64,000 nucleotides of DNA from a virus. The stretch lies in IMG/VR virus record IMGVR_UViG_3300028393_000022, one strand, 5' to 3'. Each line of letters begins with the position of its first letter. The stretch's first letter is position 1. Below, piece by piece: positions 55,919-64,000 of the stretch. The position numbers were made by a program, and so were the translations under genes. The notes below the pieces were generated by a model, which searched no databases, was not told the origin of the DNA, and saw only the letters and a program-made list of their open reading frames with translations.

Positions 55919-57214
55919 ATGATCGATCCTTGCTATCTGGTTATTTCTTCTTTGGAAGATCACTCTAGTCGCCTTAACAAAGAAGCTATCATAGAAGCCC
56001 AAATGGACAATACAGAATTGTTCGAAGGCTTTAATCTAGCACTTAGCCCATTTATTACATTTGGTGTCAAGAAAGTTCCTACATTTACTGGTCCAGATGG
56101 ACAAGGACTTCCCTGGGAAGCCTTTAAAGAATTATGCCACCTACTGTCAACACGACAGCTCACAGGTGATGACGCTCGTTCAGCAATTGAATTGGCCCTG
56201 TCTGCCAGCACAGAGAAACAATGGAACGGCTGGTATCGTCGTATCCTTATCAAAGACCTACGTTGCGGTGTTAGTGAAAAGACCGTTAACAAGATTAAAA
56301 AGAACGCGGTACCTTTGTTCGAGTGCATGTTGGCACACGATGGTGCCAATCACGAGAAAAAGATCGTAGGCAAAAAGCTGCTTGAACCCAAGTTGGACGG
56401 TGTCCGTGTACTGACTATCATCGACTCCGTTGCTAAAACCGCAACAATGTACAGTCGCAACGGCAAAGTACTAGAAAACTTTGGACATATCACTAGCTCT
56501 ATCGAAGCCAACATCAATTTGTTTGAACGCAGTATTGTCATTGATGGAGAAGTTGTTAGTAGCAGTTTCCAAGCATTGATGAAGCAGGTGCATCGTAAGA
56601 GCAATGCTGATGCGGGTGATGCTCGCCTTATGGCATTTGACATCCTTCCACTTAGCGAATTCCAAATTGGCAAAAGTGTTCTAGGACAGAAACGCCGTAG
56701 TAATTTGCTACGCAGTATGAAAACCACACTGGACAAGGTAGGCAGCATTGACATCATTCCACAAAAAGAAATTGATCTAGACAGCTATGTTGGGGAGCTA
56801 GAATTTAAACAATACAACCTAGATGCTATCGAAGCAGGTTTCGAAGGCATCATGATCAAAGATCTAGATGCAATCTACGAATCAAAACGCAGTGCAAGCT
56901 GGCTCAAGATGAAGCCGTTTATTGAAGTGTCTTTAGAGGTCACAGATGTTGAAGAAGGTACTGGAAAAAATGAGGGCCGCCTTGGGGCACTGGTCTGTTC
57001 TGGTGTGGACGACGGAAAGACTATCGTCGTCAATGTTGGTAGTGGCTTTAGCGATAGTGATCGAATTGAGTTTTGGGCTAATCGTGATAGTCTCCCTGGT
57101 CAAATTGTTGAAGTGAGAGCAGATGCTATTACACAGAATCAAGACGGAACTTATAGTCTTCGCTTCCCGCGTTTTCTCCGATTCCGCGGCTTCGTGGCTG
57201 GCGAGAAGATTTAA
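55919..57214 (+). CDS. ATP-dependent DNA ligase
   Basis: EPKLDGVR, DGE, EGIMIK, WLKMKP, VGSGF, SLRFPRF. Confidence 0.95.
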   Translation: MIDPCYLVISSLEDHSSRLNKEAIIEAQMDNTELFEGFNLALSPFITFGVKKVPTFTGPDGQGLPWEAFKELCHLLSTRQLTGDDARSAIELALSASTEKQWNGWYRRILIKDLRCGVSEKTVNKIKKNAVPLFECMLAHDGANHEKKIVGKKLLEPKLDGVRVLTIIDSVAKTATMYSRNGKVLENFGHITSSIEANINLFERSIVIDGEVVSSSFQALMKQVHRKSNADAGDARLMAFDILPLSEFQIGKSVLGQKRRSNLLRSMKTTLDKVGSIDIIPQKEIDLDSYVGELEFKQYNLDAIEAGFEGIMIKDLDAIYESKRSASWLKMKPFIEVSLEVTDVEEGTGKNEGRLGALVCSGVDDGKTIVVNVGSGFSDSDRIEFWANRDSLPGQIVEVRADAITQNQDGTYSLRFPRFLRFRGFVAGEKI

Positions 57215-57215
57215 T

Positions 57216-57458
57216 ATGGAACAACTGGCTCTTAAAGATACACTTTATGCAGGCATACATGCCCTAGCAGAGAATCGTAGGTATTATTACCACAGTTCCG
57301 TAGGATCTGATTATAGTCGTTGGACCGACGAAGGTATCCTAGCTATAACTGAATATACCAAGATAATGGTTGAAATGATGTTAGCTGAAGAAGAAAGATC
57401 GTTAAATAAACGTGCCAAAGATCTAGTGATCAAAGGCCTAAAAGGAGAAACTGTTTAA
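57216..57458 (+). CDS. Hypothetical protein
   Basis: ATG right after the ligase stop. Confidence 0.6.
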   Translation: MEQLALKDTLYAGIHALAENRRYYYHSSVGSDYSRWTDEGILAITEYTKIMVEMMLAEEERSLNKRAKDLVIKGLKGETV

Positions 57459-57677
57459 GTGAGCAAAGAGGAAGCAATAACAGCAGAAGGCATAGTAGAG
57501 GAAGTCTTGCCAAATGCAATGTTCAGAATAAAGTTGGCGCACGGGCCAATTGTCTTGGGACACATCAGTGGCAGGATGCGTCAAAATAAAATCCAAATCC
57601 TCACAGGTGATAAGGTACGTATTGAGTTAAGTCCTTATGACTTGTCAAAGTGCCGAATAGTGTATCGCGAACGCTGA
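57459..57677 (+). CDS. infA: Translation initiation factor IF-1
   Basis: 72 aa; [44 protein letters not shown]. Confidence 0.95.
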   Translation: MSKEEAITAEGIVEEVLPNAMFRIKLAHGPIVLGHISGRMRQNKIQILTGDKVRIELSPYDLSKCRIVYRER

Positions 57678-57678
57678 T

Positions 57679-57891
57679 ATGCATCCCGGACCAAGCGACA
57701 CGTTTGTCTTTAGGAAGATAGAAGTATTACTTTGGGCAAAGTGGTTTGCTTGGCGTCCTGTTAAAATACACAATAAAAGAGTTTGGTTAAAGACAGTCTA
57801 TCGACGTGAAATAAACACATATGTTGATATGGAAGATTGGGCTAGATACGAATACGGCACACTATTTGACGTCCTAAAACACAGCCAATAA
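57679..57891 (+). CDS. Small hypothetical protein (WFAWRPV type)
   Basis: WAKWFAWRPVK...WLKTVYRR. Confidence 0.6.
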   Translation: MHPGPSDTFVFRKIEVLLWAKWFAWRPVKIHNKRVWLKTVYRREINTYVDMEDWARYEYGTLFDVLKHSQ

Positions 57892-57915
57892 AAAAGCGCC
57901 CAGGGCGCTTTTTTT
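57890..57915. terminator. Bidirectional intrinsic terminator
   Basis: AAAAAAGCGCC-CAG-GGCGCTTTTTTT between convergent genes. Confidence 0.85.
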
Positions 57916-58426
57916 ATGTTAAGTACATTTCCCAACTTGGGTGTTGTAAGTGGAATTTCATCTTCTTACGCTTGTCAACCAATTGGAAGTACGTAGGCTT
58001 ATAAGGCTTGACTTTGGGAACAATTTTTTTATTGTTGCCTTTGTTAGCATTACAGTCTGTACATGCACAGCAGGTATTTTCATAGGTAGTTTTACCACCA
58101 TGACTTGTTGGCAGTACATGATCCAATGTGGCGGCTTTATGAGTTACATCATCACCGCAGTATTGGCATTTGTATTCATCACGTAAGAATACGTTATGTT
58201 TAGAAAACCTTACTCCAGTCTTTTTCTTTTGGTATTCTTTCAAGATCATAACTGCAGGAACACGGGTTTCCCAGTATTCACTGTGAACAATCCAGTCGTC
58301 ATACCATTCCAAAACCGTAGCTTTATCTGTTACTAGGTAACGAATTGCTTCTTCCCAGCTGATTGTACTCAGTGGAAGTACGGAGATTGGACTTGCATCG
58401 GCGTTAAGGATTAATGTTGCGGACAT
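57914..58426 (-). CDS. HNH endonuclease
   Basis: RDEYKCQYCG, TLDHVLP..HGG, NTCCACTDCN..K; TTGACT-N17-TATAAT at 58461-58489. Confidence 0.9.
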   Translation of the reverse strand: MSATLILNADASPISVLPLSTISWEEAIRYLVTDKATVLEWYDDWIVHSEYWETRVPAVMILKEYQKKKTGVRFSKHNVFLRDEYKCQYCGDDVTHKAATLDHVLPTSHGGKTTYENTCCACTDCNANKGNNKKIVPKVKPYKPTYFQLVDKRKKMKFHLQHPSWEMYLT

Positions 58427-58491
58427 GATTTTACTACTTGGTTATTGTTCCATAATATTTATTATAGCATGGAATACCGGTAAAGTCAATG

Positions 58492-58779
58492 CTATAACTT
58501 GCTTATTTTTAAGTCGCTGTCCACAGATATATTCCATAATCTCCTATTCTCTACACCTCTTGCCTGTGCGAATTGTTTTGGATTACAATTCGCACAGACA
58601 TGTTGGTAGTCATTGCTAACTCTACGATGATCCATTTTTCCTAAAGCTCTTTCAAAAACAGATTTACAACAGTTGCATTCAAATACAGCTATGGTCTTTG
58701 TTCTCGAGTAGGAGTGTTCAACCCCTAGATTGCTTTTTCTAATATATTGTACAGTAATTTTTTTTGTTGATAAGAACAT
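58492..58779 (-). CDS. Zinc-ribbon hypothetical protein
   Basis: CNCC...CANC; TAAATA 4 nt upstream. Confidence 0.6.
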   Translation of the reverse strand: MFLSTKKITVQYIRKSNLGVEHSYSRTKTIAVFECNCCKSVFERALGKMDHRRVSNDYQHVCANCNPKQFAQARGVENRRLWNISVDSDLKISKL

Positions 58780-58824
58780 TGAGTATTTACGTTTGGATTA
58801 TAAAAATCCAAACTAAATAGTGGT

Positions 58825-58908
58825 ATGAGCCAATCTACTATTATCCATTCCAGTCTGGTAAATCCAGCCAACCCTCAAAATTCTAAAGAAGTGAAGGACA
58901 GACAATGA
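58825..58908 (+). CDS. Putative 27-aa leader ORF coupled to the fibre gene
   Basis: ATG 5 nt after TAAATA; TGA overlaps the fibre ATG (ATGA). Confidence 0.35.
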   Translation: MSQSTIIHSSLVNPANPQNSKEVKDRQ

Positions 58909-61900
58909 CTATTCAATATATCAACACAGGATCGAGTGCAAACGCAGGCAATGGTGATAGTCTAAGATCTGCATTTATTAAGGTTAATAATAATTTTGCA
59001 TATTTGAGTACAGCTACTGGCACAGGTGGCATAGGAATTGTAAATTCTGGCCTAAAAGGAAGATTAGCATATTATGCCAATACAGGTACAACACTAAGTT
59101 CGATACCATCGATCAGTTATACTACCTCTACACCATACCCTGTATTGCAAATTGGTAACAATTCTTCTTCTCCGTCATTGGTAATTGTAAGCAATGGTTA
59201 TAATAACTCTCCTGTTGGAGGATTTACATTTTCTCAACATCACAATAATCCAGGCGCTACGAATTTTAATTATTATAGATCACGAGGTACTTCGGCAATA
59301 AACACCAATGTACTTGCTGGCGACAGTATTATTGACATTGCATTTGGAGGTTATAATAACGGAATCAGTATTGCTGCACAGTTTACAGTGTCTGTAGAAG
59401 GAACTCCTACTACACCCGGTCACATCCCTGCAAAATATCAAATTGGTACAGACAATGGTACAAGTTTTGCGTTTGGCGCAGAATTAAGTAGTTCTAGTAC
59501 TTGGAAAATTAATAAATTAAGCAATCTATCTACTACGACTAATTCTATTAGTGTTTTTACCGATCTAGTACCTGATCAAACGGATCTACGAAATTTGGGT
59601 AGCACAAGCAGCCAATGGAAAAATTTATATGTAAATGGTTCTGTCAACTTAAACGGCATCGAAATAGGTTACGGTTATACTGGTAGTAGAGGTTTCCAAG
59701 GTGTTCAAGGAAATACAGGAACACAGGGTATCCAAGGTGTTCAAGGAAATACAGGAACACAGGGTGTTCAAGGAAACACAGGAACACAGGGTATCCAAGG
59801 TCCTATTGGTGTAACAGGTGATCAAGGAGCAATAGGTAATACAGGAACACAAGGCGTTAGAGGATTTACCGGTGCTCAAGGTATTTCAGTTACATTAATT
59901 GGTAGTACAAGTACAAGTGCAGGATTACCAATTCCAGGTAATCCGGGTGATGGATGGATTGTTACGGATACTGGTAATTTATGGTTCTGGAACACTGTGG
60001 CTCAAACATGGAATGATATTGGAGCCATTGTTGGACCACAGGGCGACCCCGGTATACAAGGTATTAAGGGCGACCAAGGTCTTCGAGGAAATACCGGTGC
60101 TCAAGGAGTTCAGGGAGTTCAAGGCGAACAAGGAGTTCAAGGAGTTCAAGGGGCCAAGGGTGATCAGGGAGTTCAGGGAGTTCAAGGCGAACAAGGAGTT
60201 CAGGGTAATACTGGAGAACAGGGTGATCGAGGTTATACTGGTAGTCGTGGAAATACTGGCTATGTAGGATCACAGGGTGACATTGGCTATGTAGGTAGTA
60301 AAGGTGACCAAGGTGCTCCGGGCGGTAATGCCAATACAGCAAATTTTGTATTCACTAATAATCAAATAACTGTTGCCAACGATGGAAATATAAATCTGTT
60401 AACAAATGGTAATAATTGGACATTTAGTAATTCTGGTACATTGACATTGCCAACCGGATATAGTATAGGTGGTAATACTAATGGTAATGACGGTATTGCT
60501 TTGACTACAGACCGTGGTACAATATTGTTTGGAAATCATCCTGAACAATGTACTCCTCCTACTAGCGGATCACATTTCCACATAATGAGAGAGAATAACA
60601 GCACCACAGAGTTATTCTTTGGTGATGATTACAACTATGTTAAACTACCTAAATCAGATAACGGTAATGGTGTAGAAATTGGTACCAATGCCGATCATGT
60701 TTGGCGATTTGACACCGATGGTGTATTAAACTTCCCCAACAATAACGGACAGATAGGACAACTAACATCACCATATACAGGATTAGAGTTCCGCACTGGA
60801 TCAGGTGCTGATTGGATTGGTATTAGTTACGGTGAGATCAACGACAACAACACCAGTTACTTTTACTTTGACAAAGATGGTAGTGATTACACAACTGCCA
60901 ATCATCGTGCCCATTTACAGATTAAGAGTCCGGAGCAGGCCTATGGCGCAAGCCACCTAGAATGGTTGTTCGATGCTGACGGTAATTTAACAATACCCCA
61001 TGGTGGTAAGTTAGGATTTGATCTACTTGCCGATCATAATTATGGAACAATAGTATTACAATCAGCAGGAGGCACCGGGACTTATGCGGCAATTGCCGGA
61101 CATTGGTCGTATGTTATGGCTTCTGATAATGAAGTTCGTATACAAACCGGGATTGAAGGTAGCCCGTATTACGATTGGACATTTGGCGCAGATGGTACCA
61201 CAAAATTCCCTAACAATACATTGGACGCTGGCACTAGTACAATTGCCATTAGATCAACAGTGGGTGCCGAACTAGATTATATCAAAGAAAATGTTCAAAA
61301 TACAGCAAATGAAGTATTGAGTGCGTATGTGGGCGTTGATAACAACGGTCCATACATGGCCAACAGTGCCTTAAACAGCAGCAACACTGATGCTAATTTT
61401 AGTATCTGGAGTGTTGACAGTAAGGGTAATTTGGTAACATCAATCGTACATGAAATTTCCACTGGCACCGATGTTGGTGATATTGTTGATATTGATGGCA
61501 ACAGTATTATCTATACAGTAGCCAGTGAAACTCCTCCAACTCGTGCTCCTAATGGACGCTTATGGTACAACAGTGTAGAAGGTCGCATGTATATTAGATA
61601 CACGGATCTATGGGTTGATGCCAGTCCCACAGTTATTCCACCTATCAGCACTTACTTGGAAGGATTGACTGTCGATGGCACAACTATAGGCACAGTTGAT
61701 TCCAGTGCTACAGTCAGTGTTTCCAGTGGCATGGACAATGTTTGGACATTTGACAACGCTGGAACTTTGACATTCCCAGCAGGATATGCTTTGCCAAACA
61801 CTATGGGCACAGCAGGACAGGTATTGTCTGTAAGTACAAATTCTAATGTTTTATATTGGACAACAGCCAGTGGCGGAGCCAGTTTCAAATACGCAAGAGT

Positions 61901-64000
61901 TCAAGAAGGTATCACCAACCATCCAGTAACCAGTATTACAGGTAACTCCGGAGATGGATTAAGTCTAACTAGCGATCGCTGGGCCCAATTGATGTGGGTT
62001 CCTGATACCGGGGTTGTAACCATTGGGGACATTGATAACGGTGGTGCAGCATATAATTGGGCCTATGTTAGTGCCACAGGGTTTACTGTTGAAAATAAAA
62101 ACTTGGGCACGACATCAACTTGGAAATTTGGCACAGACGGTACATTAACATTGCCAGATGGCGCTAGACTATATGATGACGATGGCGGAATTAATCTAGG
62201 CGGTTATCAGGCTGAATTTGCGGATAAAGTAATTCAACTTGTCACTACTAACACTGGTGGCGGCGAACATGTTTGGAGATTTGAAGAAACAGGAACCCTT
62301 AAACTTCCGGGTGCTATCACAGGATGGCAATCACCGGTTGTTATTCAAACCAGTCCAGATTATGTTACTACTTCAACTTGGACATTTGGTACTGATGGTA
62401 ATTTAACATTACCACTTGAGACTAAATTAAATTCAGGCGGTGTTGGCGTTGCCAATAGTGCAGAGTTGGGAACATCAGTTACGTTGTCAACATCAACTGT
62501 TGTTAATAGTGAAATCTACATGGGATCTGGCTACGGTGAATTCCGTAGCATATACAACAAGGTGGGTTCAACTTCATCTGGATTAACTTACGCCGGTGTA
62601 GAAGGATTTAATTATGCCCAGTATGGAGATGTTAACTTCAGCGGCATGGTCAGTCAAACTCCTCATATAGATAGTATGTATACTATTTCTGTCAGTACAA
62701 CTACTGGACTGATCAGCATTGGATTTACACAGGATGGTGGAACATCAGTATCAAAAGATTGGATTACTGTATTAGGAACGCTTAACACTGGATACACAGT
62801 TAATGGTATTTTTGCCGATACTACTCAAACTGTTATAGCAGGTGGCGATGGTGTTTTGAGTAGCATTGTTAAATTAACAGATTCTGTGAACATTACCACT
62901 ATTGATAGTATATCAACAGCTACTCAGACATGGACCTTTGGCACAGATGGTAAACTGAAATTCCCTAACAACTCCTCATTTGATGGTCAGACTTTATCAA
63001 ATACTAACACTGGTGTTAACTATACCTTAAAGATTGCCAATGGTGGTGGTGCTGGCAGTGTATTTGGTATAGGAACAGGAAATGCCACATATGGCATTGC
63101 CAACGATGCTCTCAATCATGCACAAGATGGTTATGTTCCTTATACCATAACTGCTCAAAAAATTAATCTTACAGTACCAGGAGCTGGTCAGTGGCAGTTT
63201 GATACAGATGGTGGATTAAAATTCCCAGGAGACAACACAGCCACACAATATTTGGCCTACACAGGTATCTTAAATGATTTAATAGACGTTGACACAGCTA
63301 CTCCGACTAACGGTGATGTTCTACAATATGATAGTGCATCTGGAATATGGAGACACGTTCAATTAGCTACAGGATCCATTACATTAAAAGGTGTTTGGGA
63401 TGCTAGCACTAATACCCCTACATTGTCAGCAAATCAAGTAGGAGCAGACGCAGGTTGGGAATATCTAGTCCAAGTCGCAGGTACGCAGAATCTAGGTCTC
63501 GGAACCAGTACATATCATGTCGGAGATTTGGTATTGTATGACGGTACAAACTGGAATAACATTCCGGGCAGCGCCAGTGTTAATAGTTTCAACACTCGGG
63601 TCGGTGCCGTTGTATTATCCAGTCAAGATGTAACTACTGCATTAGGATTTACTCCCGGTTTAGGTGCTGCAGGACCACAAGGCCCACAAGGACCTTCGGG
63701 TGTAACTGGACCACAAGGACCAACTGGGGCAACTGGACCACAAGGCCCGAGCGGACCAAGTGGCGTAACTGGTGTAACTGGACCACAAGGACCAACTGGG
63801 GCAACTGGGGCAACTGGACCACAAGGCCCGCACGGGGTAACTGGACCACAAGGACCAACTGGGGCAACTGGGGCAACTGGACCACAAGGCCCGAGCGGAC
63901 CAAGTGGCGTAACTGGTGTAACTGGACCACAAGGCCCGAGCGGACCAAGTGGCGTAACTGGTGTAACTGGACCACAAGGACCAAGTGGCGTAACTGGACC
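58905..64000 (+). CDS. Very large collagen-repeat tail fibre/virion protein (at least 1698 aa, runs off the window; absent from ORF track)
   Basis: N-terminal [26 protein letters not shown] (T4 gp9/gp10-like); in-frame Gly-X-Y tracts at ~59680-59885, ~60033-60325 and 63663-end; ~11 WxFxxDGxLxxP repeats. Confidence 0.85.
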   Translation, partial: MTIQYINTGSSANAGNGDSLRSAFIKVNNNFAYLSTATGTGGIGIVNSGLKGRLAYYANTGTTLSSIPSISYTTSTPYPVLQIGNNSSSPSLVIVSNGYNNSPVGGFTFSQHHNNPGATNFNYYRSRGTSAINTNVLAGDSIIDIAFGGYNNGISIAAQFTVSVEGTPTTPGHIPAKYQIGTDNGTSFAFGAELSSSSTWKINKLSNLSTTTNSISVFTDLVPDQTDLRNLGSTSSQWKNLYVNGSVNLNGIEIGYGYTGSRGFQGVQGNTGTQGIQGVQGNTGTQGVQGNTGTQGIQGPIGVTGDQGAIGNTGTQGVRGFTGAQGISVTLIGSTSTSAGLPIPGNPGDGWIVTDTGNLWFWNTVAQTWNDIGAIVGPQGDPGIQGIKGDQGLRGNTGAQGVQGVQGEQGVQGVQGAKGDQGVQGVQGEQGVQGNTGEQGDRGYTGSRGNTGYVGSQGDIGYVGSKGDQGAPGGNANTANFVFTNNQITVANDGNINLLTNGNNWTFSNSGTLTLPTGYSIGGNTNGNDGIALTTDRGTILFGNHPEQCTPPTSGSHFHIMRENNSTTELFFGDDYNYVKLPKSDNGNGVEIGTNADHVWRFDTDGVLNFPNNNGQIGQLTSPYTGLEFRTGSGADWIGISYGEINDNNTSYFYFDKDGSDYTTANHRAHLQIKSPEQAYGASHLEWLFDADGNLTIPHGGKLGFDLLADHNYGTIVLQSAGGTGTYAAIAGHWSYVMASDNEVRIQTGIEGSPYYDWTFGADGTTKFPNNTLDAGTSTIAIRSTVGAELDYIKENVQNTANEVLSAYVGVDNNGPYMANSALNSSNTDANFSIWSVDSKGNLVTSIVHEISTGTDVGDIVDIDGNSIIYTVASETPPTRAPNGRLWYNSVEGRMYIRYTDLWVDASPTVIPPISTYLEGLTVDGTTIGTVDSSATVSVSSGMDNVWTFDNAGTLTFPAGYALPNTMGTAGQVLSVSTNSNVLYWTTASGGASFKYARVQEGITNHPVTSITGNSGDGLSLTSDRWAQLMWVPDTGVVTIGDIDNGGAAYNWAYVSATGFTVENKNLGTTSTWKFGTDGTLTLPDGARLYDDDGGINLGGYQAEFADKVIQLVTTNTGGGEHVWRFEETGTLKLPGAITGWQSPVVIQTSPDYVTTSTWTFGTDGNLTLPLETKLNSGGVGVANSAELGTSVTLSTSTVVNSEIYMGSGYGEFRSIYNKVGSTSSGLTYAGVEGFNYAQYGDVNFSGMVSQTPHIDSMYTISVSTTTGLISIGFTQDGGTSVSKDWITVLGTLNTGYTVNGIFADTTQTVIAGGDGVLSSIVKLTDSVNITTIDSISTATQTWTFGTDGKLKFPNNSSFDGQTLSNTNTGVNYTLKIANGGGAGSVFGIGTGNATYGIANDALNHAQDGYVPYTITAQKINLTVPGAGQWQFDTDGGLKFPGDNTATQYLAYTGILNDLIDVDTATPTNGDVLQYDSASGIWRHVQLATGSITLKGVWDASTNTPTLSANQVGADAGWEYLVQVAGTQNLGLGTSTYHVGDLVLYDGTNWNNIPGSASVNSFNTRVGAVVLSSQDVTTALGFTPGLGAAGPQGPQGPSGVTGPQGPTGATGPQGPSGPSGVTGVTGPQGPTGATGATGPQGPHGVTGPQGPTGATGATGPQGPSGPSGVTGVTGPQGPSGPSGVTGVTGPQGPSGVTG
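63663..64000 (+). repeat. Tandem 9-nt-unit repeats encoding collagen-like [15 protein letters not shown]
   Basis: GGACCACAA, GGGGCAACT and GGCGTAACT units. Confidence 0.9.

Noticed and set aside
59649-63984. Short repetitive ORFs listed in the track within the last 5 kb
   Set aside because: Alternative-frame or antisense readings of the collagen repeats of the single long ORF from 58905

Overview
This window is 64 kb of a large T4-like (Caudoviricetes, jumbo-type) phage genome in the standard genetic code. Host-like genes (ErpA, IF-1, YqgE/AlgH, split HldA/HldC) suggest a proteobacterial, probably betaproteobacterial, host; this is inference. Layout: (1) 1-18.3 kb is a replication/recombination core (gp32 SSB, UvsX, UvsY, UvsW, gp62-like clamp loader, primase, DnaB helicase) plus ADP-heptose genes and a ~190-aa miniature DnaE-like protein. 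(2) 18.3-32.2 kb is a visibly GC-richer early/host-takeover island of about 45 tiny genes, mostly on the minus strand. It is punctuated by 22 near-consensus TTGACA-N17-TATAAT promoter cassettes with shared operator-like motifs, holds two tRNAs, and is bounded at both ends by G-tract/C-tract, repeat- and palindrome-rich non-coding DNA. (3) 32.8-52.6 kb is a glycan/surface-modification cluster (SGNH proteins, GT-like proteins, two twitch radical SAM enzymes, a carbamoyltransferase) interleaved with virion genes, one carrying a Hint domain. (4) 52.7-58.8 kb holds a cell-wall hydrolase, GIY-YIG and HNH endonucleases, a metallothionein-like peptide, ErpA, DNA ligase and IF-1. (5) From 58.9 kb a collagen-repeat fibre gene of at least 1698 aa runs off the window. 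Best novelty candidates: a conserved, covarying two-hairpin element over the RBS/start of two divergent GIY-YIG genes 21 kb apart; the mini-DnaE; the promoter-cassette array and its boundaries; and apparently leaderless TAAATA-driven genes alongside a phage IF-1. All protein calls are from motif recognition by eye, not database searches.
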